Position numbers and translations under genes: made by a program. A stretch of DNA of 63,878 bases, filler included, from Porpidia crustulata (lineage: Eukaryota), in assembly GCA_964255105.1 (NCBI GenBank). It is 3 parts of 3 records of this genome, joined end to end, with 100 filler letters (N's around TTAATTAATTAA, not from the genome) between each part and the next. Parts side by side here need not be neighbours in the genome. Positions count along the whole stretch, not along the records: positions 1 to 21,620 come from CAXUWE010000101.1; 2 more parts are not named here. The stretch is one strand, 5' to 3'. The notes below the pieces were generated by a model. The model ran no database searches, had not been told where the DNA came from, and saw only the letters and a list, made by a program, of their open reading frames with translations. Of the stretch, positions 1-13,100 are shown piece after piece; positions within the stretch are counted from its first letter, which is position 1, and each line of letters opens with the position of its first letter.

Positions 1-10
1 AGTGCTTCGA

Positions 11-136
11 TGTTTGGCCACCTAGCTGGCAGTAGGGCTGGGTGGACTTCTTTTCGGTGTTTGGCTTCCTAGCCTAGGGGGTAGGAAGCAATTCGGTGTT
101 TGGCCACCTAGCTGGCAGGGCTAGGTGGGCTTCTGG
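11..136. repeat. Degenerate direct repeat, about 3 units of ~43 bp (TGTTTGGCCACCTAGCTGGCAG...)
   Basis: TGTTTGGCCACCTAGCTGGCAG occurs at ~11 and ~97, with a diverged copy (TGTTTGGCTTCCTAGC) at ~58. Confidence 0.6.
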
Positions 137-166
137 TCATTGTATGTGCCTGGATGAGATTATAAT

Positions 167-732
167 TCATGAAGTGTGCTTGAGCGCTCGTACAGTTGCC
201 CAGAATATACACAGCCAGCCTGTCATATCAATCAAAACCAGTCTCCATAAACTAATTCTTCTGATCCTCCGCACAACATCTAAAGTCGCTCGGTCATCGG
301 TCCCCACTGAAGTAGCCTTTACAGCGCTCCACTTGAACCACACCAGCGACATGCCCATAATCTCCATTGCCAAAGCTGCCATGTATAATTTTCGGCTTTG
401 GCTGTCGAGTCCTTTATTGACATCAAAACTGGGCCACACGTTGATGGCCAAGAATATGGCATTAATTCTGTGAGCTGACAGAAGCAATGGGCCGAGTCGA
501 TACAGGTATGGTCGTGACCATACCCGAATCGATGGCGCATGGTCTGCCGGTGTCTTGAGGCTGAGAAAGGTGGTGAACGCAAGTGTATGGGTCAAGGTGC
601 AAGAATGACTGAGCCGGTCATGGTCAGCTTCGAGTCCGTGCTATTGATTTTACGGGAGATACCTTACGCGGCCGTTGCAGCAATCAAGGGCGTCATGCGA
701 AGGAGAACAGGGACGTTGCGTTCGGCATCCAT
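167..732 (-). CDS. Small integral membrane protein of the biosynthetic cluster (possibly DUF1772/anthrone-oxygenase-like); 2 exons
   Basis: ATG at 732 (MDAERNVPVLLRMTPLIAATAA). A GTAAGG...CTGAC...CAG intron (~610-668) splices in frame to ORF 167..595 (HSCTLTHTLAFTTFL...RLVLIDMTGWLCIFWAT), which has several hydrophobic segments. Divergent from the Diels-Alderase gene. Family assignment is from recall only. Confidence 0.55.
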
Positions 733-1189
733 CTCCAGCATCAATGCAGAATTTCCAGGCTTGTGCGATGCAAAGCTGCTCCGCTTGACAACGCGTATCG
801 AGATAAGGAGTGGGTCGCAAATATATTACTGAAAGACAGAATTTGGTCGATACTGGTAATCTGCCGTATTCCGCTGTGGTCTAGGCGCTTGGCCGAATTT
901 AACCTTCCTCATCTTTCTGGGTTGATTTAGACAAGGGGGCCCGAATGCCCGAAAGTCAGCTTGGTATGAAGTCGCCGAAAGCTGGCTTGTCCAGAACATC
1001 TGCCCCGAATCCGGCCGAGAACGACATATGATCTTCCTCACTTGACACCTTGATGCTGCCCTCTGACTTGCCAACCCGCTGGGCTTGCCAGACATATTGT
1101 GCTAGCAGAGACTGCTCCGTGCTATTGGGCTCCAGTAATAACTGTCTTTGGCTTCGTGACTAACCTCCGTTGTTGCGAGCGCCCGCATT

Positions 1190-2446
1190 ATGCCACGAGT
1201 GAATCGGAAGACAGCGTACGAACGGGAACAGGTGGCGCCCTACTTTTCCCGGTCATCCAAGGATCCTTTGGCTTCGTGGCGCATCTCTGGGATTAAAGTT
1301 GCCTTGTTCGAGCAGTGGTACTTCGACAGTGTCTCAAACGATGGTAAATCAAGCATCTGTATCATCTTTGCACGAGATGCAAGCTATGCGCTCCTGGGAC
1401 ATGGTCACTTGCGCATGGAGATTGACGTCGTATTTCCAGACGGCTCGCACTTCAATCACGCAGATTGGATTAGTGAGTCTGTCATCGAAGACTCTAGCCA
1501 AGACCATGGCGCAGAGAACGCCAGGAAAGTCGAAAGCTTGTGGACCGGTGCAGGCACGAGGCACTCGTTCACCATCGCCAGCGATGGCTCCAGTGCACAC
1601 GTAGACCTTCAAGGACAGAATATCCAAGGGTCCTTCACCTTAAGATCAACGGCACCGGCGCACTATCCAGGCGGTAAGACGCATGCAGAGGCTGGCGATG
1701 AAACGCCTACTGCGCTTTGTCCCAAGATCAACCTGGTGGAAGTGATTCCATGCGGTACTTTCGAGGCCAGTCTCGTCGTAAATGGACAGCCGTTACAATT
1801 CCAGGGTATTGGAGGTCACATGCACGTCTGGGCGGAGGGAAGCTGGTTCGATACTGTGCGCGGATGGCGCATGTGCCGCGCCGCTGCCAGGCCATTCAAC
1901 CTGACCTTTATGCAATGGAGTAGTCTTCTAGACGGTAGGACCTATTCCAGCGGATTTGTCGCTGAAAGTGGGAAGAAGGCATTTGGCGCGTTGGAAATCA
2001 CGGATGACCCAGCTGGTGGACCGGAGGAGAAGAACGTCGTACGGTGGCAGCCTCAGCACAACCTTGGCACTACAGGCCCTCACCAGGACAAGAATAGTGG
2101 CAGTGTTCTGCGCTACAAATCCACTCGATCAGGAGAAGAATATCGCTTCGAACTCTTCCATAAGCATGTTGCGTTCTCTGTGAATTTTGGTGGCGGAAAT
2201 TCTGATCTCACAGGCTTTCTGTCTGAAGTGTCAGGAGGCAAGGTGGGCGAAGAGAGTTATCGAGGCCCTGCGTTCGCAAATGTCTGTGTTTTGCCCCGTA
2301 AGTCTCCCACAGCAGCTGCTCAACATGGATGCAAGCTAGGCTAACGGCCACTCGCAGAGGGTTAGACCAAAGTTTACTTTTTCCTCTGTATGATTCTGGC
2401 GAAGCTCTCTCTAGGTTATATCAACATTCTTGGAATCAATACGTAG
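1190..2446 (+). CDS. Lipocalin-like Diels-Alderase (Fsa2/CcsF/MycB type); probable nonsense codon in the last exon
   Basis: ORF 1190..2344 has FEQWYFDSVS, P...G.F...L.V.G and GIGGHMHVW motifs typical of decalin/cytochalasan Diels-Alderases and lies next to a PKS-NRPS. Intron 2298-2357 (GTAAGT...CTAAC...CAG). Exon 2 reads Q-G-TAG(2363-2365)-TKVYFFLCMILAKLSLGYINILGINT-TAG(2444-2446). Confidence 0.8.
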
Positions 2447-2548
2447 TCTGCGAGGACTTGGAGAGAGGTACAGCGGATAGGGGAGAACAGAGTATCGTTG
2501 TATTTGAAGGTTTGTTCCCGATTCGGAAACTAAATACGACGATAGCTG

Positions 2549-2670
2549 TACACGTATTTACGCCTCAGTCGATTACACCCCTCAATCGAACATCGTACCT
2601 AGGGTTAGGGCTTAGTATTTTTTTGCATACGATCACGTGGCAATGTTCGGTTGAGGGGTAAATACTAGTA
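2549..2670. mobile_element. TA-bounded mini-element A with terminal inverted repeats and telomeric core
   Basis: Left arm TACACGTATTTAC...ACCCCTCAATCGAACAT; right arm ATGTTCGGTTGAGGGGTAAATACTAGTA; CTAGGGTTAGGG at 2599-2610. About 47 bp are nearly identical to 26271-26317. Confidence 0.7.
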
Positions 2671-4181
2671 ATTAGCACGTGCGTCATTTACTCGTGTAAA
2701 TAGACACGATGTAAGAACGTTTTCTTCTTTCATACCCCTCATACTTCGTATCAAGTCTCAATCAGTCTGATCTTGAACCTGATTCAAGGGTTAAAAAGAG
2801 TGCCCTTTTACGAGCATAAACAGCTGCAATTAACGACTACCTTGACGACTCTACCACTCCCACTCGACCATAGCGCAAACCACGGCTACTTATCGCAGAA
2901 GATACCGACATTACACTCCAGTGACTTCAAAAACTTACGCATTTCAAGCCCCAGGAGCTCCATACATTTGATACGCATACAGTCCAGCGCGTCTACAAGC
3001 TCAATGAAGACCTTACAGATGCAATATGTGAGGAAGAGCAGGGGCTGACCGATAACCAAGCAAAAAAGCAGCTTAATTAGACTAAGCTAAAATAACGAAT
3101 AACTCCCACTTAGGTCTTATTCAGAAGATTAGAAAGACGTGGCCTTCTATGACAAGTTTCGCCTTGGATTTGGCCTTCAAATCATAATACGTATCAAACG
3201 GAAACACTGACCTAAGTATTGATATAGGCCCAGGAACGTGAGCCGAAAGAAGGCTACATCTATGGATGCAAGAGTAAAGGCACGAGAGGAGGAATACCTT
3301 AGACTTTGCATTGTCTTTGTGGTTATTGGACCCAATTCCTGGAGGATCTTGGTATGCATTGTGTCAACTGAGGTAGGCAAGATGACTATAAAGGTATATA
3401 CTGGGTCTATTATTCCTCAAACTAGAGGATCTCCAAGTGCAATGTTTGATGCTTTGCCAAGACGCAAATTCGGTACATGCAAGTAGGAGTTTGATAGCTT
3501 AGGCAAAGAAACATGGCTATCTCTTCTTACACTACCTAGCCCCTCTCTGGACTTCTCTATTATAGAGTCGACAGCGCATCCTTTGAAGAAACCATTTCAT
3601 TCTAAAACATAACAGAAAAGGCTAGTTTAGCAAGTCATATACGGATTTTTGAGAAGGAAATGAAGCAAACAGCGATTCAATGAATATGTGATAGTTATAC
3701 CGAAAGGTTACGTGAATTTAAGAGAGCTAGAGGGCAACTGACGAAGAGTTATATAGTTATGCACTTTGGTGTTGATGCATGTGTCAACTTCGGCTACTTT
3801 TTTCTCCTCCGAAGAACGGGGAAACACGTGCGACTCTGTGGTGACAGTCATTCAAGGCACGTTTAATGAATCCCTGAATGTTTTCGCTTCGGTCCCCGTG
3901 TCAGCATTTCGGACGTTGGCGGCCAGTGAATTCGGTCAATTCTACTGGTGCTTAGAAGTGCCAATGGTATTCAAGAATGGAGAAGCAGTCAAGGAAAACC
4001 AGGCCAAAGGTCCATAGCGTATAGCCTGCAGCACCACATCTTGAATCTTCAGACATCGAGAGGCTTGGATTAACAACGGAGTTATTAGTTGTCGCGCGTG
4101 GTAAGATCATCACCAAATCTTTCCATCCTTCACTCCATCTCGGCACTCGATCCGAGTGATAAATTCGATTCCTCTCCAGAA

Positions 4182-7100
4182 ATGGGTTCCCAAAGTCTAG
4201 TTGCGGCTGGCGAACCCATTGTGGTAATCGGCTCTGGGTGTCGCTTCCCTGGAGGAGCATCGTCTCCCTCGAAGCTCTGGGAGCTTCTGTCAAAACCTTC
4301 CGATGTCCTGTCCGAAATTCCGTCTACTCGTTTCAACCCCAATAGGTTTTATCATCCAGATGGTGAATACCACGGACGCAGCAACGTTAAACATTCCTAC
4401 CTGCTGGACGAAGACCATAGAGTTTTCGACGCCGACTTCTTCAACGTCTCTGCAAATGAGGCTAGTACAATCGACCCGCAGCAGCGTGTCCTCATGGAGT
4501 GCGTGTATGAGGCCTTGGAAGACGCAGGTCAGCCGATGAATCGTTTGAAAGGCAGTGACACTGCGGTTTATGTGGGGTTGATGTGTGAGGAGTACGGTAA
4601 CCTCCAGTCAAGAGAGCTAAATATGATGCCCACGGTACGTTGAATAGGTGGCAAAAACATGCCATTACTTTTGCGTTTGACCCGTTCCGACCTAGAGCAA
4701 GTCGCAAAATTGTTTGCAAAGCCAGAGCCTCAGCATGATGTAGCCTCGATTTAGAGATATTAATGCAAATGAATACTGACGCAAACTGTAGTACTTTCCA
4801 ACCAGTACCGCGCGCTCCGTGGTCTCTAACCGGATCTCGTACTTCTTTGATTGGCACGGGCCTAGCATGACTATTGATACTGCATGTTCATCCTCACTGG
4901 TGGCCGTTCACCAAGGAGTTCAGGCGCTTCGTTCGGGTACCTCCCAGCTTGCAATTGCTACAGGCACCAACGTGATTCTTGGCCCAGAGCCCTATATTGC
5001 TGAGAGCACATTCCATATGCTGTCTCCTCAAGGGCGGAGCCAAATGTGGGATGCAGGAGCCGACGGATATGGCCGTGGTGATGGCGTTGCCGCTTTGGTG
5101 ATGAAGCGGTTAAGCGATGCCATCGCTGATGGGGACGTCATTGATTATGTTATTCGCGAGACAGGCGTGAACCAGGACGGACGTACTAAAGGCATTACTG
5201 TCCCCAGTGCCGACGCACAGGTTGATTTGATTCAAAAGACGTACGCACGAGCAGGACTAGATCTTTCAACGGTCGCAGGGAGGCCCCAATTCTTTGAGGC
5301 ACATGGTACAGGAACATTGGCGGGCGACCCTGTCGAAGCTGAAGCCATCCACCGGGCAATTGGATCACGAATATCGAGCGGCGATGACCTGTCGAAGCTA
5401 CTAGTCGGCTCTGTTAAATCTATTATCGGCCATACCGAAGGAACTGCAGGGATTGCTGGGCTCATGAAAGCTGGCCTAGCTCTGCACCATAGGAAAATAC
5501 CACCGAATCTGCTTTTCAGAAAGCTCAACCCTGCAATTGAGCCATTTTACAAACATGTCCGAGTCTCCACCAAGTGTGTGGACTGGCCCGAAGTTGCTGC
5601 CGGATAGCCAAGGCGAGCCAGCGTAAACAGCTTTGGCTTTGGAGGGACTAATGCCCATGCCATTGTCGAAAGTTTTGAGAAAGACTGGGCAGACGAGTCG
5701 ACAACGTAGCCGCTGTCATGCCTTGCGCCGTTCACATTTTCCGCCAACTCGAAATCAACTTTGAAGCGATATCTCAAGTCCATAGTCGAGTACTTGGGCC
5801 ACTCCCCTTCGGAGAGTTTGATCAACATTGGATACACACTTCACAGCCGACGCTCAACATTTCCTTTCCGCACTGCCTATTCCAGCACTAGCGTGCAGGA
5901 TCTACGAGAGCGCATCGCCGTGTCGGTGTCTGCGCCTGATTGGGAGTCTGCGCGAGCGTCTGGACACGCTCGCATTCTCGGCATCTTTACCGGCCAGGGT
6001 GCCCAGTGGCCGGGGATGGGTAGGGAGCTTGTTGAAAGTTCCAGTTTTGTTCGAGCATGTCTGGAGCGCCTTGAGCTTGCTCTTTCTGCCCTTCCGCCAG
6101 CAGACCGGCCAACGTGGTCATTGAAAGCCGAGCTTCTGGCTGACAAGAAGCACTCAAAATTACACACGGCCACACTTTCGCAACCATTTTGCACGGCCAT
6201 ACAGATTCTCCTGATCGACTTGCTTCGCGCTGCTGGTATCACCTTTGCTGCCGTAGTTGGCCACAGCTCGAGTGAAATTGCGTGTGCGTACGCTGCCGGC
6301 TTCCTGTCTGCTCGCGACGCCATTGTGATTGCCTATTACCGAGGGCTCCATTCACGTCTCGCCGGCGGACCAACTGGGCAGCCAGGAATGATGATGGCTG
6401 TCGGCACCCGCCTCGAGGACGCCGAAGAGGTATGTGCGTTACCGCAATTCAAAGGCCGTATGTGTGTAGCGGCGTGTAACTCACCGGAGAGCGTGACCCT
6501 CTCGGGAGACGCAGACGCCATCGAAGTGGCAAAAGTAATGTTTGATGATGAGGGAAAGTTTGCGCGTGTGCTGCAGGTTGACAAAGCATATCATTCGCAT
6601 CATATGAAGGCCCCTGGTGATGTATATGCCCGTTCCTTGCAGAAGGTGGCCATCTCTGCTCACACTTCGCAAAGTGATTGTGTATGGTATTCCTCGGTGT
6701 ACGACGGACAGCAGGTCAATGGAAACGTCTCGAAGAGGGCACTCGACGGCCAGTACTGGTGCGACAATATAGAGAGACAAGTCACCTTCTCGGCGGCGGT
6801 CGCGGCGGCGGTGCAGGATTCTGGACTTGCAGTAAACGTAGCACTGGAGATTGGTCCACATGCCGCGCTCAGAGGCCCGGTACAGGACATAATGAAGTAT
6901 GCTGGCAAGGAAGTTTCCGCCTATTCGTCCTGCTTGGTCCGGAATAGAGATGGCCGTGAGTCTTTTACGGAAGCACTCGGTGAGCTTTGGAAGAATGGGG
7001 CTGAAAGCATGCTCGTCTTCGACAGGTTTGAGATGGCGGTGAGCGAAGAGCACACGATTACCCCAAAGCTTGTCAAAGGCCTCCCTTCCTATCAATGGGA

Positions 7101-10100
7101 ACATGAACGCCCGTTCTGGCATGAATCACGGCGATCTAAGGCTCTTCGGACCCGCTCTCGACCAGGCCATCCATTGCTAGGTACTGTGAGTCCGGATTCA
7201 ACGGAGCTGGATCTTGTCTGGCACAATGTTCTTCGCCTAGTCGAGCTGCCATGGCTGAACGGACACCAACTTCAAGGACAGACAGTCTTTCCTGCAGCAG
7301 GCTACGTTGCCCTTGCAATCGAGGCAGCAGCATGGGTTACCGAATCAGGATCTGTGCAATTGATCGAGGTCGACGACCTGGTGATTGGTAAGGCTATTAC
7401 TTTTGATAGCGAGAGAAGCATGGTTGAACTTATGTTCTCACTCACCATCGAGAGCAAGGAGCAGCGCGGTAAAGTAAAAACTCTCATCGTGAGCTTCAGA
7501 GCCCACTCCACAGCCGGGAATGCCGGTGCTGCCAGCTTGAACTCGACTGGTCGCATTAAGGTGTTGTTCGCCGACGAACACCCTGTAGGACCAACCTACG
7601 CTCTACCTCCTCGCGAACCAGGCCTTGAAGGCATGGTGTCTGTTAATGAGGACGACTTCTATTCCGAACTGAGGAAGCTAGGCTACCACCATTCTGGCCC
7701 ATTTCGAGCGCTGCAGACCATGACACGCCAATTCGATCATGGTCGCGGTCGCGTCAGCAAGCCAGAACGTTCAAAGATGCATATATCTGAGCAACAGCTG
7801 CTGGTTCATCCAGGTTTCCTAGACGCAGCGTTCCAGGCTATCTTTCTGGCATACTCGTGGCCGGGCGATGGTCGGCTGTACTCACTTCATGTACCTATCT
7901 CTATCCAGCATATTCGCGTGGATGCCATGCTCTGCCGGTCAAATGACGACAGTGACCTCACCTTTGACTCTGTTTTGGCAGCTGATGGCGGCTCTCTAGA
8001 CTCGGCTGGTATCGTTGGCGACGTTGATATCTTTAGCGCCGACGGGAGCCAGGGGATGATTCAAGTTGAAGGAATACATGTGGTCCCATTTACATCGGCA
8101 ACCGCAGCTCATGATACACAGATGTTCTTTGAAAGCGTCTCTGGCGTGGCGTTTCCGGACGGTGAGCTCGCGGTTAGCGGAAATATAGCGCCAGACGAGG
8201 AGATTGCTATGGGCTGGATTTTGGAGCGCATATCCTATTTCTATCTTCGAAGCCTCGTCGAGGAGATAAGTTTAGAAAAAGAGGAACAAGCGGCATGGCA
8301 TCATCCAAAATTAATGGCGTATGCGCGCCATGTAGTAGAGATGGTTCAGAACGACCAACAGCCCTACGGCAAAAAGGAGTGGAAGCACGATACGGTCGAT
8401 ATACTGCATCACCTGATGCACGAGCACAGTGAGAAGATCGAAGTAAGGCTCATGCGAAGCGTAGGCGAACATTTGTCAGCCAATGTGCGCGGCGAGACCG
8501 TCATTCTTGAGCAAATGATGAAGGATGGTATGCTGGACCATTACTACATCGAATCTCTGGGCTTACGACCGTACACGGCGTTTCTGGCCCAGATCATTGG
8601 GCAGATCACGCACGTCCACCCGCACTTGCACATATTGGAGATAGGTGCTGGTACTGGTGGCGCAACCAAGAGCATTATGCGCAAGATTGATGGTGCGTTT
8701 GACCGCTATACTTTCACCGATATCTCTTCAGGCTTCTTCGAGACGGCAAGAGGCGTGTTCACCGAGCTCACAGGACGCATGACGTTTGAAGTGCTCGATG
8801 CTGAAAAGGATGTGACCGAGCAAGGTTTTGAGGAACAATCATACGACTTGGTTGTCGCCTCGCTTGTCCTGCACGCCACCAAGGACCTTCAGCACACGTT
8901 GATTAATGTTCGTCGCCTTCTTAAGCCTGGAGGTTTTCTGGTTATGCTCGAGGTTACGTCCAACGCCACTATGCGCATGTCATTTACCATGGGCGGCCTG
9001 TCCGGTTGGTGGCTAGGCGCAGATTCAGGGCGGCCGTGGTCGCCGTGTGTGTCGAGTGCACAATGGCATACGTTGCTTCTTGACTCCGGTTTTACAGGCG
9101 TAGAAGCTAGTACTTCGGAACGGGATACCTTCCACGCCCGTTTGCTGTGCTTGTCTCATAGGCTGCCGATGAGCGCATTGATCTCCTCGTTTCCCCTAGC
9201 TTGGAGCCGTCTCCGCTATCCGCGATGGAAGAGGTGATCATTATTACGGGCTCGTCGCTCGAAGGCCACCAAGTCACACGTATTGCTCAGCGTATGCTAC
9301 GGCCACATTGTTCATCGATCCAGACCGTGCACGCACTTGATGAGCTGGCCACGTGGGAGCTACTTACCAGTGCCAGCGTGCTCAATCTGACTGACTGGGA
9401 CGAGCCAGTATTCCAGAATCTGAGCCCATTGTGTTTCAAAGCGCTTAAACCGCTGTTCTCTCGTGCACGCATAGTGGTTTGGGCAACAAAGGGTCGTCAG
9501 CGTGACCAGCCGTACGCCAACATGTCTGTGGGCTTCGGCCGAGCAATGATGATGGAATATCCACATCTTCAGCTGCACTTGGTCGACTTCGAGACGGATG
9601 CCAAGCCATCTGCACAGTTCCTGGTGGATGAGCTGCTCCGCATGTCAGTGCTGGCACGTCTGCCCGACGATCCTGCTGGCCCGCTGTGGAGTCGCGAGAC
9701 CGAAATCATCGTCGACGCCGCTGATCGCTGTTGGGTACCGCGGGTGAAGCCACAGAGCCACTTCAATCATTGTTACAACTCATTGCGCCGCCCAATTCAA
9801 GTCGAGGTCGTTCCTTGGCAGAATGCGTTGCAGCTGTCCGGCTCTCAATTGCGGCACGTGCCGCTCCTGGCCTCGCACTACAGCAGTCTTGCTACCGCCA
9901 AAACTGAAAATGTGCGCATCAAAGTGCTCTACAGTTCTAACACGGCGTTACGAGTATTATCGGGGCCGGCACTGTACCCTTCCATCGGCATCCATGAACT
10001 TACACAGCGCCCTGTTGTTGTACTCGCGGGGAGTATCGCGTCGCTGGTCGAGGTGCGCGAGCGATACTTTGTTCCGTACCCGTATCCCCTTGATGACGGC

Positions 10101-13100
10101 CCTGCTCGTCTAAAAGCCATTGCTGACGATCTACTAGCCTCTCTTATTTGCAGTGAGGTGGATGCTGACGGGTGTGTACTCTTGCTCGAACCTGACGAAG
10201 GTTTCGCATATACTATCCAGGCTGTTGCCTCTGTCAAAGGACTGGGCCTCGCGTGTATAAGCAGCTCGATAAACAAGAGCCCCGCAGGGTTTATACAGAT
10301 CCATTCGCGCGCCAGCGGTCGCGTAATCAAGCAGCTCCTGCCGGACTGTGTCTCACAAATTGTAGATTGCTTCAACAGCATCGGCCAGAGCGACAGCCTG
10401 ACTACGCGTATCCAGGACTGCCTAGGTGGATCGCCGAGGGTAGACAATATAATGTCCTTCCGAGCCCGTGATAGCGGCTCTGTACCTGTTGGAATCTCAC
10501 TGGAGGATGCCGTAGAGTCAGTGAGCAAAACTGAGTTTGGCGTTGCTGTCTTCAGCGCCCAGGACTTCGCTACCAAGCGCCAAAAGTCGGGTGCCATTCT
10601 GGAGTGGACGGTAACAGAGACGGTGCCTTTTTCTCTGTTCCCTTCAGACTCAATTTCGCTACTTCAACCCAACCGCACCTACATTCTTGTAGGCTTGGCT
10701 GGAAATGGTGGGCTTGGTTTGTCTCTTGCCTTGTACTTAATCCGCCAGGGTGCCCGATACATTGTCCTGGCAAGCCGAAACCCGAAGGTGAACGAGAAGC
10801 TGGTTTCTAAATATGCCGCGCAAGGAGTTCGGATTGCAATGATTTCCAAGTGAGTTGCACTGTTGCCGAAAAATGGACGAGTGCTCCGCTAACCATACAA
10901 TGCAGCGATGCCACTGATGAGGTCTCGCTCAGACAAGTGATCGCCGACGTGCGAGCTTCATGGCCTCCCATTGCTGGCGTGGCCAATGGCGCCATGGTCC
11001 TTCACGATACATCTCTCGAAACCATGTCTTATGACCAAATGATGCGTGTGTTGAGCTCCAAGGTCGATAGCACGCGCCTCCTTGACGACATCTTCCACAA
11101 CGATGCTCTGGACTTCTTCATCATGTTTTCTTCTCTTGCAAGTGTCTTTGGCAACAGCGGACAATCCAACTACTCAGCGGCCAACATGTCTATGGTGGGT
11201 GTCGCCGCGCAGCGCCGTCGGCGTAATGTCGCGGCAAGTGTTATTGACATTGGTGCTATCATGGGCACTGGTTACATGGCTCGTGAGGTAAGCAAAGATG
11301 TACTTGCTCAGCTCGTAGGTGCTGGATACCGTAAGATGTCGGAGCGAGATTTCCACGTAGCTTTTGCTAATGCAATCATATCCGGTCGCGTTGGATCAGA
11401 AGAGTTGATCACTGGCCTGCAAGTGGCTGTTCCTGGGGAAATTACTAAGCCAGCTTGGTCTGGCAATGTAAGGTTTGGTCACGTTGTACGTTCTGATAGA
11501 CAAGCAGATGCGGTATCCTTGGATGCCTCATCACTTACGGAATCCGTCCGTAGCCTCTTAGAACGGGCACGCACTCAGGATGACATCGCACGGATATTAC
11601 AAGGTATAGACTTAGACGCACCGCTGTTATTACTGAATTTTATATTACTGACCTTTCATCTTCAGGTGCCATTCTCGACAAACTCCAACATTTGTTGCAG
11701 CTGAGTGCTGAAGTCGCCAACGACGACGCGATTCTCCTTCAGCAGGGCATGGACTCTCTCGGAATAGACTCATTGGTGGCTGTGGAGGTCCGGTCTTGGA
11801 TGCTGCGAGAGATCGACGTCGACATCCCGGTTTTGAAGATCCTGGGGGAAATCTCCGTCCGCGATATCATTGATTTTGCACACGAAAAGCTGCCTGCAGA
11901 GCTGGTGCCGAATTTAGGCCAACCCGGCAGGGCTGATCTACCAACTGTGGGGGCGCTGCGTAAAAAGCCGGTCACTGCACTTGCGAAACCCGGCCCAGTA
12001 CCGGTTTCTGCTAAATTACTCCGTCAAGCTGGAAAGGATGCTCCTTTGCAAAATGACCCCAGCGTTGTTTCCAGTACAGCAGAGCTTATTACGACTCCTA
12101 GCAATGCAGAGTTACTAGGTTCGGATCAAGAGCCTGATGTAGAATCGGGCAACACGTCTATTTCCGTATCTCTGCAAGGCCTCAACTTACCGCCAAAACC
12201 AATGATTCCACCGTCGGCTTGGCCATTCTCCGCTCAGTTAGCATCACCGGTCCAAGAAATTGAGAAGACTGTTCCTATGTCGTGGAGTCAGTCTCGCTTC
12301 TGGGTCATGAATCAGATCGTTCAGGACCTAAGTGCATTCAACGTCAGCTGTCATCTTGAAATCACGGGACAGCTGGATCCGGATAAGTTGGCAAAAGCTG
12401 TCATTGATCTGGGTACAAGACACGAGGCGCTGAGGACCTGCTTCTTTAACGAAGACAGCCAAGAACCTGTACAAGGTGTCTTGAGAACTAGTCCGCTACG
12501 ACTCGAAATCATCGAGCCTTCGGCATCGATCCAGAAGGAATTTGGAGCACTACAGCAGCATTCGTATGATCTTATCAAGGGTGAAACGATGAAAATTTTG
12601 CTTCTCTCCCCTTCTTCATCGCAACATCACCTCTTGGTGGGTTACCATTACATCAACATGGACAGTACGAGTCTGGCGCTGCTGGTGTACGACCTACGCC
12701 GGCTATACGCCGGCGAGAAGCTCTTACCAGCCCGCCTGCAGTATCCGGACTTTACCGTACATCAACTGGAGCAATTCCGCAATGGTTACTGGGATGACCA
12801 ATTAACCTTCTGGCGCAATGAATTATCGGATCTTCCTGATCCTCTACCAATCCTCAATGTCTCCCCAAATACCTGTCGCCTGCGCCCAACCCTCACTACT
12901 TACAACAACAATCACGCTGAAACAAGACTCTCGGAAAAGCTGACCAGACAGGTTCAGGCTACTAGCCGCAAGCTAAAGGCAACGCCCTTTCATGTCTATT
13001 GCACTGTCTTCCAAATACTTCTCGCCCGACTGGCTGCTGTGGATGACATTTGTATTGGATTCGCTGATGCCAATCGCAGCGCACCAGGGGCGATGGAGAG

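Noticed and set aside
2760..3700. Short ORFs between the Diels-Alderase and the PKS-NRPS
   Set aside because: Stop-riddled with no identifiable family; may be a degraded remnant but cannot be supported.
5605..5709. Stop-codon readthrough, RNA editing or an alternative genetic code for the in-frame TAGs
   Set aside because: The same gene has frameshifts and degenerate catalytic motifs, and other genes in the window end normally with TAG. Pseudogenisation is simpler.
6481..7122. Antisense ORFs over the PKS-NRPS and other genes
   Set aside because: Shadow ORFs opposite clearly coding strands.
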